A stretch of 62,495 bases of DNA, counting the filler, from Rhabdomonas costata (Eukaryota): the NCBI GenBank assembly GCA_019059605.1. It is 34 parts of 34 records of this genome, joined end to end, with 100 filler letters (N's around TTAATTAATTAA, not from the genome) between each part and the next. Parts side by side here need not be neighbours in the genome. Positions count along the whole stretch, not along the records: positions 49,716 to 51,459 come from JAHMHO010009783.1; positions 51,560 to 53,299 come from JAHMHO010009784.1; positions 53,400 to 55,139 come from JAHMHO010009785.1; positions 55,240 to 56,979 come from JAHMHO010009786.1; positions 57,080 to 58,815 come from JAHMHO010009787.1; positions 58,916 to 60,655 come from JAHMHO010009788.1; positions 60,756 to 62,495 come from JAHMHO010009789.1; 27 more parts are not named here. One strand, given 5' to 3'. The notes under the pieces were generated by a model that made no database searches, had not been told where the DNA came from, and saw only the letters and a program-made list of their open reading frames with translations. A program made the translations under genes and the position numbers. This document shows, piece by piece, positions 51,198 to 62,495 of the stretch; the stretch's first letter is position 1; each line of letters opens with the position of its first letter.

Positions 51198-51565
51198 GTC
51201 AGCGAAGAATAGCCAAGGGGAAGGAGTGGTCCTGGCTTCTGAAAGACAGTCCTTCCTCAGCAGCGTTGCGCAAACCTCGAATTTTCAAGTTCAATTCATT
51301 GTTGCATACGTTTGAATATTCAGAGATCAGGTCAACGTCAGCCAAGAATTTAGAACAGTTCATTTTAACAAAGTTCAAAGAAAAAGCAACTGTCCACATT
51401 GTATGTGAGTGTTTAGGTGGGTGTGGGTGGGTGTGCAGAACAAGCAGCACAAGGACACGNNNNNNNNNNNNNNNNNNNNNNNNNNNNNNNNNNNNNNNNN
51501 NNNTTAATTAATTAANNNNNNNNNNNNNNNNNNNNNNNNNNNNNNNNNNNNNNNNNNNNGTGGGG

Positions 51566-51718
51566 GTTGCCCAGGAGGTCCTCCCGGACGATCACAATGG
51601 TCACCCCAGCCGGCCCGTGGACGTGTCGAAGTACGGAGTGATCTACGCCGGGGCGCAGAAGAACGCCGGGCCGGCTGGGGTGACCATTGTGATCGTCCGG
51701 GAGGACCTCCTGGGCAAC
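51566..51718. repeat. Perfect 52-bp fold-back inverted repeat at contig start (arms 51566-51617 and 51667-51718)
   Basis: The left arm is the reverse complement of downstream PSAT coding sequence. Confidence 0.95.
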
Positions 51719-53109
51719 TCCCTGCCCTGCACCCCACTTATGCTGGACTGGAAGGTGCGGCTGTCTCTTTCTCTCTTTCTCTCTTCTCTCTTTGAGAAGC
51801 TACTTTGGTGGAAAATAAAACGGAAGGAAAAAGAAAAAAAGAAGAAGAAATGTGAATTCTCCATTTACTCTTTGTTCGTGTGGGCCCAACCTTGCGTGCT
51901 TGAATTCCTGTCGATCTGGATGTATTCCTTCGCGGGTACGCTTGTGCCTGATTTGAGATTCGACGTGAGAACAGCACCTGAGGAGTACCTTGCAGGTTCA
52001 CAAATGTCGAATTCGAAAGCCCGAATTACTTTGGGTGTCATTCATGGGTGTCACTCACTCATTTGTTATACTGCTGGATGAGATTGCCAAGCAAGGTTTT
52101 TTTTTGAAGAAACGCCCTGCTTTGCATGTGTTGTTGTGTTTTTTTTTGTGCTCATCAATTTTTTTTTTTTGCAATTTGGTCAGCTCAACGCGGACAACCA
52201 GTCCCTATACAACACTCCCCCGTGCTTCTCGATCTACGTCTGCGGGCTGGTGTTCGAGTGGATTCTCAACGAGGTACGTTTTAATGCAGTCATGTGAAGC
52301 ACCTTTTCGCCTTGTGGCGTTGTTGCCCAGGGGTTGGCAATTGCATCCCCCTCGCAAAAACCGTGGTCGAAATATCTTCCTAACCCAACACAGGTGCACC
52401 CCGCGTGCACTTTGAACTGCTTCACGTTTGAATTTATGACGGCCGCATGCTGATCTGCGAGATGTGGGGTGGGGGTTCAGGTGGGAGGTTTGGAGAAGAT
52501 GGAGCAGCTGAACATCGCCAAGGCGAACAAGTTGTACTCCATGATGGACAAGTCGGGGGGGTTCTACCACGCCGTGGTGGAGCCCGCTTTCCGCTCCCGC
52601 ATGAACGTCCCCTTCCGCATTAAGGGGTACGCAAACAACTTACAATTTGGGAGTGGTGCATCGTGGATTGCACTGGAGAATTTATTGATAAAAAGGCGGG
52701 ATGACAACATTAGCTTCAGTGGAGTTTTGCCAGGCAGCTCGTCTGCAGACTTTTGAGAGTGCCGGAGACAGACGTCTTGGATAGTCGAGGCTAGCAATCT
52801 ATTCCACTAATTTTTCAGCTTCTTTCTGGCCTCCCGGTGTGTTTATGTTCGTTTAGGGGCGACGCCAAGCTGGAGAAGGAGTTCATCTCGGAGTCTGTGA
52901 AGGCCGGGCTGCTGGAGCTGAAGGGCCACCGCTCCGTGGGCGGGCTTCGCGCGTCGATCTACAACGCCATGCCCATCGAGGGAGTCGAGGCGCTGTGCAA
53001 CTTCATGGCCTCGTTCATGCAGAAGCACACCCAAAGTGTACCTTCGCGTCCTCTGTTCATCCCACCTGTTCTCCTTGAATCCCGTAACTGTGAACAACTC
53101 TTGTGCTAA
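51608..53109 (+). CDS. PSAT1: Phosphoserine aminotransferase, C-terminal half (exons ~51608-51754, 52184-52273, 52481-52626, 52857-53109)
   Basis: [26 protein letters not shown] (PLP lysine), [39 protein letters not shown]. Confidence 0.97.
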
Positions 53110-54539
53110 AAAATCAGAACCAAATCGTTTTTTCAAAACTGTTTTTTTCCCTTTTCCTCAGTGCCTCTCTCACTCTTCCTGTGTCTCTCCACCTGTTCCT
53201 CGCTTTCCATTTTGTTGTGGTCTCAGTTCCCCCGTCGCCAAGCGCTCAGAGCGGCACCGCCAGCCCGATTGTCAGCCCCCCGCCCTCGCAGTGGAGCCGN
53301 NNNNNNNNNNNNNNNNNNNNNNNNNNNNNNNNNNNNNNNNNNNTTAATTAATTAANNNNNNNNNNNNNNNNNNNNNNNNNNNNNNNNNNNNNNNNNNNNG
53401 GGTGAATTCTCTTTTTGAAGCTCAGTGTTTTGCCGTTGATCTGGGGGCTGAATTTGCGCGCTGATGATGTGCGCCCTTCAGGCACTACATGTTACCCAAG
53501 CTGGTGGGCGCATTTTTCGTGAACTTTTTGGAAGAAGCTCTTTTCCTTCCCTTCCTTTCCTTTTAAGTTCAGCCCCGCCCCCTCCCGTTGCTCTCTAAAA
53601 GGGGGGATGCCGTTCGTTTCGAATTTCCACTATCATGCACTACGTGCGTGTGTCCCTACCATTGCTTCTCGCCGGTTAAGTTGTGACTTGCCCCGGCTGT
53701 CTTGATAGACCCGCTGTCCCATACTAAATCACCACCCCTTCGGCAAGTACCAGCCTCAACAAAGGACAAAGATAGTGAGCGAGTGGCGAGTGTGCGCGAC
53801 CTTGGAATTCCCCTTCTTGCTACTTCCTGGCAGCCCAGAAGGAGGCACGATCTTGACCTCAGTGAACACGAGCTCACTCGAACAAAAGCATCGCGAACAT
53901 CCAGATGAGTGTGTGAACCACTACCGTTCACCGTGTCTCTGGTATTGTGCGCTAGTGCGAACGAAGTAATAGACTTGAGCAGTGCAATTCCTGGCAGCTA
54001 CCATTGACTTCTCTTCGCCGATATAAAGTGGAAAACGCCAGCCAATATTTGCTGCTCATTGGAGCACACTGGACCACAGCAGGAAAAGGGTTCCCGCAGT
54101 GGTTAATGATATAACCTTCTGAACACTGCACAGCAGGAAGTGGCATTCACTCTTGAGGTCGTTGAGTTCTCGCTGATTCCTTTCTTCCCGGAAGAACGTG
54201 TCGAAAGGCCAGGAGAGCCTCCGAGCTCAGCCGTTCATGCATTGGGCAATTCGCCGCTTTTTCCGGATCAGCTTGGAAGCTTTACAGCTACGATCACCGC
54301 TTTGCGAAGTTGTTGTTAATGTTGATAATGTTGGTAAACCGTTTACCCCCCCCCTCTCCCAAGAAAAATGGATCTGTTCACCACAGATGCCATGTGCATC
54401 AAAAGTGGAAGATGCCCTTCACGTGTGCCGCTTGGAGACGGGCGACCTTTCGTGCTATAGCGACGCGGTGGTGGAGCCCCCGTGGGTAACTCCTCTCTGC
54501 AAGTTGAGTGATGCCAGCACTCTCGACGTGCTTTCCTGA

Positions 54540-54920
54540 AAGTGCAGGGGGGGTTATCCGATGGGCCGCGCGGCGAGATCGGGCTGCAAAATTTCGAGGA
54601 CTGCGACACCGGCAAGGATTTTCATCTGCAAAGGTCCGACCTCCGCCAGACCCTGGCGGCGTTCGCCACGACGTATTTTTCCCTTCCTTTGCGATCGGGA
54701 ACGCGCAAGTCCCTCGCCTGTTATGGCAAAGCTGCCCTGGAGGCGGGTTATCATATTCAAATGTAGAATAGCGCACCTGACCCCATCGAGACCTTCTATC
54801 CTGTCCGGGCGCACGTGCATCACCACCTAATCCCCGAGGTTTCCGAGCGACCTGGGCTGAGCCCATGCTACCTCCGATGCAAATATTTTTCCCTTGAACT
54901 CAACCTCAACCCAGTGTTAT
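54540..54920 (+). pseudogene. Possible decayed non-LTR reverse-transcriptase fragment
   Basis: A frame with an internal stop reads DLRQTLAAF..S.P..SG...Y...M*N..P...F..V...IP...RPG..P.YLR, faintly like RT domains 0-1. Confidence 0.2.
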
Positions 54921-55239
54921 AGTTTCTGCCTCTCAACACTGGATTTTAAGCGCGCCTCCTCTTTGTAGCGGGTACCCTGCTTTTTACCCCATTGAGGTCA
55001 GTGACCTTTCTTGCTACAATTGGCAAACCCAGCCAAGAACGAAAGACGCACAAAGTCAGGACCGTATCGCCGCTGTGGCAGGACCCGTGACACCTGGTAC
55101 ACGTTTTCCCCGAGAGATACTTTAATCCCCCCACCCACANNNNNNNNNNNNNNNNNNNNNNNNNNNNNNNNNNNNNNNNNNNNTTAATTAATTAANNNNN
55201 NNNNNNNNNNNNNNNNNNNNNNNNNNNNNNNNNNNNNNN

Positions 55240-56095
55240 CCGAGGCCAGCCGCACCGCGGGTGCGCTGCTGCCCAGCGCCGTGGTGTGCACAGCGCAGGG
55301 CCACCGCAACGTGGACACCATCAAGGTTCACCCCACATCACCCCGCTCACCGACCTGCGTTTTTTTGTTTCGTAGTGGCGTTGATTGATTTCTGTAGATC
55401 GTTTTCTGTAGCTTGGCTCTGCGCTTCACCTGAAACTCTTGTCAGCCGAGTTTGCGGAGCCTGCTTGGGATTTAGGGGACAGAGGGCTGCAAGAAGAAAG
55501 GCAGAAAGCGACCAGCCAAAAGATGGATTTTCTTGCAGTCGAACCCCAAGTCCACACAGCGTCGCATTTTGGTTGCTTCCCGTGGCTTTTTTGTGTGTAC
55601 ATGTGTCTGTCGTGTATTTGTGCGGGAAGTGGGTTTTTAATGCCGTCGTTAGGGGGCATGAGAGTATGGATAAATTGCCGAAGCTAGTAAGGCCGAGTGC
55701 AGGTCATCTCATTTTGTAAGACTTATTGAGCATACCAAAACCAGGTATCTCTCCAGGGGTGGGATGTGCTCATTTTTCGAGATCGGTAGTCTGTCCTCTG
55801 CCTGTTCAAGAGAGAATCGGAACCAAACGGTCTTTCCTGGTACCTTCTGTATCCGCAGGACATCGCGTTCATTGGCGAGCGCAGCGAATACGTTTGTTCA
55901 GGCTCGGACTGCGGGCACCTGTTCTTCTGGGACGCCCTCACAGGGGAGCCTGTGATGGTGCTCCGCGGAGCGGACTCTCACTGCACTAACAGCATTGCCC
56001 CGCGGCCCTTCGAGCCGTTCACCATTGCCACCAGCGGAATCGACTATGAGGTGAAGCTGTGGTCACCTTGCGGCCTGCAGGACAATCAGATGGAG
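55240..56095 (+). CDS. DCAF8/DCAF6/WDTC1-like WD40 protein, partial (exons 55240-55325, 55859-56095)
   Basis: GHRNVDTIK/DIAFIGERSEYVCSGSDCGHLFFWD...D..CTNSIAPRP..IATSGIDYEVKLWSP. Confidence 0.88.
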
Positions 56096-58047
56096 GTGTG
56101 GTTTCGGCAGATCGGGTAGAAGGGCATGCTAAAAGGAAAGAAACGTGTGACGGAAAGGGGAGGGGGGTGAACGAGCCGCCGTGGGAATATTCCCGATTCT
56201 CAAAAGAGAACCCACTGGTGGTAGCGGTGCTCAGTCATTGCTGTGAATCTGGTCCGTCCGCCCCCACAGGGTGGTGGCGGTGAAGAGTTTGGACATTTTT
56301 TTTGGGGGGGGGGACGGTATTGCCGTAACCCGGTTGTACGGTACTTGAAAAAAGGATTTCTGGGGTTTGTTTTTGGCTGCAACGCACTGGCACCCCGTTT
56401 TTGCTGCTGTTGTTCCTGGTTATTCCAACTGGTACCTAGTTGCAGTGACACTTTACTCCACAGTGGGGGCAGCACCGTCTGCCCGCAATGTCTCTTTCCG
56501 CTCCCCCAAAAACCGGGGGGGAGGGGGCGGGGAGGGGTAGCAAAGTGAACTGGAAGTGCAGGCAAAAACCCTGGCAGATAAACGCCCGGGGACAGCACCG
56601 TCTCCTCACCCGCGAAAGCAGGGAGGGAAGAGGTAGCCATGCTCCTGTTGCCGCGCCACAGCCCCCGCAGAGCCACAGCGACCTTTGCCAGTCTGGAAAT
56701 TTTATTCTTTGACTTAATAACAGTTCTCAAGCTGCTCTCACTGTCGCCGGAGAAACGGTTCGCGTAGCAGGAGATCAGCTGCACGATGAATCGCTGTGGG
56801 AGGCAAATATGAATTTTAATAAACCCTTCCCGTTTATTATTTGTACCCCCCACAACTAATTATAACCCCCACACACACCTTGCTTCAAAATGACATTCCC
56901 ATTTTAGCGGAACCTGGCAAAGTATGCCTAACCTCCTGCTTCTGGAATAACATGTCCAGGGGGATCACCCCTCCCCCACNNNNNNNNNNNNNNNNNNNNN
57001 NNNNNNNNNNNNNNNNNNNNNNNTTAATTAATTAANNNNNNNNNNNNNNNNNNNNNNNNNNNNNNNNNNNNNNNNNNNNGGGGTGTTTTGTACGAAGCCC
57101 ACAGGAATGCCCGTTATTTTTGAAGATGCCCAGGGTTGCGACAAACAATTTGGACGATTTGTGACTCTTTACGCGATGCTGGCGTCATCTAAGATAGCAT
57201 CGTGCTGGGCATCGAGATAAAATAGTCCGTTATTGGTTCGAAGAGAAGAGCCAAAAATGAGGGCTGGTTCCGCGCTTATAACAAAAAAAACACGTGAAAA
57301 ATAGCGCCCAGTTTGCCCTCGCTTCTTGGCGTCGTCGGATATTCTTGCAGGCTATTTTGATGAACAGCCATATGATTTACACTTTCGGCGCAAATTAGCA
57401 CAAAGAATGGCCATTTTGACCCGAATTTGTCTCGTTCTTGTCAATACAGCCAACTCTGATGATGGTCTGGTCGTGGAGGTGGAGGGCAACTGAAAACCAT
57501 GTTTGCTATTTATAAAAAATGCTGACAGGTTAGGTTTGCCTGGGAATTTAGGTCGTCCCGTCAGCTATCGTCGGGAGAGTTCTTATGGGGTTGGGTCCCT
57601 TCTTCCTCACTTCCTCACGGGGATTAACCGAAAATCACCACAAGCTCTCCACCGTTCAACAAACAATAGTCTCAAGGCGAGCGACAAGGGCAGTGCAAGC
57701 ACATCACCATGAGTGTCACCCAAGGTAGGACTAAGATGTTTTACTGTTACAAACAAAATGCAAACAATGTACACGGCAACGGTGGGCACAACTTTTAACA
57801 GGGATGAAAACGGCCTCTCAGCCTCTAAGCCTATGCCTTCGGTTGCTGCGGTGACCATTTGGCTCTGCGAAGCACCGGGGGCGCGACACAGTCGTCAGAG
57901 AGAAGCACATACCGAATGTCACAGACATTGTAATTGTACCCGATGCTCATCCGCAGGCATGTCAACGAGAGAAACACGGAACTACATTTAGTAATGTCAC
58001 CGAACGAGTTAAAAGAATCAGCGAGACTTCTGTGGCATAGGTCATAC

Positions 58048-58815
58048 AATCCCGTTTCGAGGCTCCACACCTTAATGGTGTTGTCCCCACTGCCGCTGAC
58101 AACGAACTTTCCATCGGATGTTGCGGTCAAGGCACTGACAAAATCAGTGTGCCCCTCCAGAGTGCGCTCCTCCTCACCGGTATCGAGATTCCACACCTTG
58201 ATGGTGTTGTCGTAACTGCCACTGAAGATGTGCTTCCCATCTGACGTCACGGCAGTGGCGATTACGGATGCGCCATGACCCTCAAGAGAGCGCACTGCTT
58301 TTCCAGTCTCGAGGTTCCACACCTTAATAGTGTTATCCTTACTGCCGCTGACAATGTGCTGCGCGTCCAGGGTTACGGCAACGGCAAATACGGAACCAGC
58401 ATGGCCCTTAAGGGTGCGCACCTCCTCCCAGGAATCGAGACTCCACACCTTCACAGTACTGTCCCCACTGCCGCTGACAATGTACTTCCCATTCGAAGTT
58501 ACAGCAACCGCAAAGACGGAACCAGTATGTCCTGTAAAACTGTGCTCCTGGTTTCCTGTACGGTAGTTCCAAATCCTGATGGTATTGTCGTCACTTCCAC
58601 TGACAATGTGGACGCCATCCGGAGTGACAGCCACCCCGCTGACAAATTTCGTGTGTCCCTCAAGGGTGCGCTCCTCCATGCCGGTGTTTAGGTTCCAAAC
58701 CTTGATAGTGGTGTCCTTGCTGCCACTGACAACGTGCTTCCCGTCTGGCGTCACCGTCACCGCCCTGACGTAACCACTGTGGCCTGCAAGTGTGCGCTCT
58801 TCCTTCCCAACAAAC
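58048..58815 (-). CDS. Protein with six near-regular 42-aa WD40 repeats, partial; probable donor at 58047
   Basis: GH...V.AVAVT.DG.HIVSGS.DNTIKVWNL.TG.E.RTLE repeated at 126-nt spacing; open to the contig end. Confidence 0.95.
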
Positions 58816-60234
58816 NNNNNNNNNNNNNNNNNNNNNNNNNNNNNNNNNNNNNNNNNNNNTTAATTAATTAANNNNNNNNNNNNNNNNNNNNNNNNNNNNN
58901 NNNNNNNNNNNNNNNTGTTGGGTTTATTATCCACTATGCATGGTTTTGCAGGCCATACACAGGTCGACCTTGGGTCTCCTCCAAAGCATTAATACCACAC
59001 GAATAAGGTGATGGTTCATGTCCACTAGCAGAGGTCATATCACCGTGTCCAACCTGTGTGGTGATGGCATGACTCGCTTCAACCAACTACCAACGTACAA
59101 AACTAAGGTTTTGAGTTACGCTCTACGTTGCATAGCATCACCGTGGTACCTGCTTCATCACGTGTTTCTTGTTAGCTTGGTTAGTAAAATGATTCCAACA
59201 AAGGAGTTGAACTTCTGGACGTCTCGGCACTACTCATGACACTGGGAACTATAGTCGATATGTTTTTGTGCACTGAAGTTGAGAGTGGGACAGTAGAGGC
59301 ATTGCCGTACGCAGCCTTGTTGTTCTATGGAGATCCCGAAGGATTTCCGCAAATACGAGACCAAACCAAAAGCAAACATCCAAAGATTGAACCCAAAGAC
59401 AGAAGGACCATACAGAGACAGAGACGCGAACACAAACCCAGAACCTCAACTCAGAAGACAGAATACGAATATCAAAACACAAAAGCAGAACTCCAACACA
59501 CGAACTCATAATCCAAACTAAGAAAGCAAAAACACAAAAGCACAAACCCAAATCAAAAACCAACCACGAAATAAAAACTCTAAGTGCGAACCATGAGATC
59601 CTAATACCACCAATATCTGCGGTGCACTCCACCTGCCACTTCTCCGCATAACCTACGGCACTGCTCCGTATCACATACCATACCCCATACCACCGCAAAA
59701 CCACCCTGATACATCTGATGTGCATTCTAAGGCTCCGAGCAAAATGATAAGATGTGAAGTCTATGATAAAATGAGATAGGGTGATGTTAGTTGTACCCAG
59801 TTTTAGAAAACCTACAAGCAAAAGAGGCGCTAGAAGGCACAATAAATGCATCCAAAAATAATGAGTTCTCAGAATACTTTCGGGTCATAAATTAAGGGAA
59901 ACAAGTGGAATAGAATGCGGAAGAGAAATTGAGCTGCAAATTTGTAAATAGTTGGAGCGCAGGAGGCTCTCCAGCTGTGAGCCTCTCAGACGCTGGGCTG
60001 TATCCTCTGCCGAAAAGGGCAGCCGTGGGGTGGCAGGTGGCGTGATCCTGCACGCGCTCTCTGTCTCTCTATGAACTGTGCCTTAAGCAAGTGTGTCACA
60101 CCCACTGTACTGCTGCACACTGTGCAGCGCCGTCTCGCGGCTCGCTGTGCTCGCACGGTGAGGGGTTCGGACGAGTTTCACATCTTTGGCTGCAGTAGTT
60201 ACTGAATGTCGCTGCCCATATTTAATGCTTGCCA

Positions 60235-60540
60235 GCTCCTCCTCCTCCTCCTGGTTTACAGGATACTTACTTAGGCACTCGGTATCTGTCTACTGTTATC
60301 TATTATTTAGCCGAGGGATTGGTTCGACCCGTTGTCCTACCTGTTATTGTTTTTGCACCACATTACTCCACCACTTCCTAAGTTGTGCACACCAGGTTGC
60401 ACTCTTTTTCTTCCCTGTGCCCATACGCTTCTTCGATGGACGCCATGCGTGAGGCTCTTTGGCTTTTGTCACCAGTGTTGCCGGTGAAGGTAGATTTCTT
60501 AATCTGGTGGTTCTTAACTGGCGCACGGAAATCAGCGGTG
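60235..60540 (-). mobile_element. Possible decayed 3' end of an RTE-like LINE with a (GAG)n tail
   Basis: LRTTRLR....AWRPSKKRMGTGKKKSATW resembles R.R...W.P..KR..GRP..TW, followed by a gaggaggaggag microsatellite. Confidence 0.35.
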
Positions 60541-61434
60541 TGATATGTGATACCTCCTATTTACATAACTTCTGTCACTGGTACTCGCTTCTTGTGGGCA
60601 AACTTACCTCTCATGACATTACTCTACTGGAACGCAAATATCTGTCCCACCAAAANNNNNNNNNNNNNNNNNNNNNNNNNNNNNNNNNNNNNNNNNNNNT
60701 TAATTAATTAANNNNNNNNNNNNNNNNNNNNNNNNNNNNNNNNNNNNNNNNNNNNGCGGAGCCGAGAGGACTCTCGAAACTACAGCGATATCCCAACACC
60801 ACAAAGGAAGCCTAAGGAAAACGTGGCAGTGGGATGCTGCTGGAAGGGACGTGAGGTAGGGAAAGGGATGGGAGCGCGAACGCGAACGTGCGCGGTGGAG
60901 GTTTTGGAAAGAGGCTGAGCCCCTCGGTGTGAGAGGAAAAATGAAGTCCTCGGAACGCTATGAGGAAGCCACTAGACTGGAGTGTGTGTGGGTGTGTGTG
61001 CATATATGATACTTTTCCAACGTTTTCATGTTTCTGAGGCCAAGAACCTGTGTTCTGAGTAAGGTCCAATGTGATATTGTCCGAATGGACAACGCAAAGT
61101 AATGCAAATGAGCGGGAGGGTGTACCCAGAAGAGTGGTGAGTGAAGAGGGAAGGAAAACAACACAGAAGCTGTATGGCAGTGCTGGTGGGACCGTGTGAG
61201 CGAGGGATCGAAAGAGTGGAAGGAGTAGTTAGATCGATTGCTTCCACCAACGGAGGGGATAAATACACGCAACTGCATCAGCTTAACTCCGACAGAAGGA
61301 ATGCGAATACCTATTACACGTTACCTTCTGCCCTCCCATCTTGGGTGCGGCAGAGGGGCATGCGGAACATGACAGTGACATAAGGCGCCCAGCATCCAAT
61401 CTCCAAAGAGCAACGCCGTCTTCCAAAAAACCAG

Positions 61435-62098
61435 CCTCTCCACTCCGGGTCCCCCACCCACGGCATCGAGCAGCTCAGAGGGCCCCAGGGCCTCGGGCAC
61501 GGCGGCGGCGGCAGTGGCTGCGAACATCTCCCCTCTGTCGACGCAGTCGTTCTGGAGGCCTGAGGCGGCCGTGCTGAGCCGTTGCGCGTCGGTATGCAAC
61601 AGGGGCGTTGCTTTCTTTTGCTCTAGTGTGTGTGCTTTTCAATTCCGGTAAGGCCCATGCTTTTCGGGCCAGTGCATACCCCTCTCTTGCGGAGCCCATG
61701 CGCCTTCAGCTAAAGTGTTCTCCGGGGGGGGGGGCGACCAGATATACGACTAGATTTGTTTCGTGCATTAAGGAACTTACTTTTACTCTTTGGGGGTTGC
61801 GATTGACGGAAGCGAATGGTTAACACAACATTACCTACACGCTCATAAAGCAGCCAGCGCGCCCGTGCAACACACACATACACACTCGCTCACTCATTCA
61901 CTCACTCCCACTCCCACTCCCACTCACTCGCCCCATGCTCAGTGCGCACACCCACACGCACTTTCGCAGGTCCCTCCGAAGCCAAAGGCCGCCAAGCCCA
62001 CGATCTGGATGCGCCGACACGGCCACAAGCCTGGCTACCCGGACATCCCCATCCTGGAGGAGATTCGCAGGCTGCTCGGAGTCAGCGTGAGGGCCTAA
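61435..62098 (+). CDS. Last two exons (~61435-61591, 61970-62098) of an unknown gene
   Basis: ..QSFWRPEAAVLSRCAS|gtatgc ... ttcgcag|VPPKPKAAKPTIWMRRHGHKPGYPDIPILEEIRRLLGVSVRA-stop, phase 0. Confidence 0.5.
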
Positions 62099-62495
62099 CC
62101 CGCAGACGCGATGAGCTAGGAGTGAGAGAATTTGATTCCCTCACGTCTCTTTGGGGAAAGAAGGCATGGCATTTTCTCTCCTGAACAATGACTGGGGCGA
62201 GGGTCGAGCCATGAATGCCTTCTGGATATGTACAGATCTGTGGTGCGCCTTTGTTTTTCCCTCGCCGCAGGTCACCCAGCGGCATCCTTTTGTTATCTTT
62301 TCCACTCCCTGGACCGTTTTCCGCCCCCTTTCGCATGTCGCTTCTTGGGCAATAGCGAAGTGTGTATGTTGTTGTGCATCTTTTTCTCTTCATGTTCCAT
62401 GGGGAGCTGCCGACCCCTCCAAAGACCAAACACGAACTCAAAGCAATGGCAGCTCCCACACGGTGTACTTTGCTGTCGTTTCCCCACCCCCACAA

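Noticed and set aside
60305-60335. GGTTCGA T-loop-like motif
   Set aside because: No tRNA cloverleaf forms around it; the same holds at ~21350 and ~24175.
1743-60755. Regularly spaced TTAATTAATTAA motif resembling a giant repeat array
   Set aside because: It is an artificial six-frame-stop linker embedded in Ns; ORFs ending in XXXLIN or XXXN are artefacts of it.

Overview
This window is not a contiguous locus. It is a concatenation of 34 unrelated, size-sorted contigs of about 1.74 kb, each joined by an artificial 100-nt spacer (44 N + TTAATTAATTAA + 44 N, stops in all six frames), so no synteny can be inferred across spacers. The source is an intron-rich unicellular eukaryote, probably a euglenozoan such as a euglenid (inference). 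Most contig ends are G/T-only at 5' and A/C-only at 3', and several carry fold-back hairpins, both pointing to primer-based whole-genome amplification. Spliced gene fragments I could reconstruct by hand are RAD50, SDH flavoprotein, dynein heavy chain, a PLP decarboxylase, an ankyrin protein, ABC-F, PP2C, TRAPPC9-like, a FAMeT-domain exon, GST, glutamate synthase, phosphoserine aminotransferase, DCAF8-like and tandem WD40 proteins, and an ADP-ribosyltransferase. There are also relics of CRE- and RTE-like non-LTR retrotransposons. The most unusual object is an intronless ORF, open at both ends, with at least three tandem group I truncated haemoglobin domains whose distal pockets differ. Also notable are a GC-AG intron in RAD50, a symmetric-phase FAMeT exon between direct repeats, and two exons bracketed by 170-bp inverted repeats. 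No rRNA, tRNA or CRISPR array was seen. All family assignments come from motif recognition by eye, not database searches.
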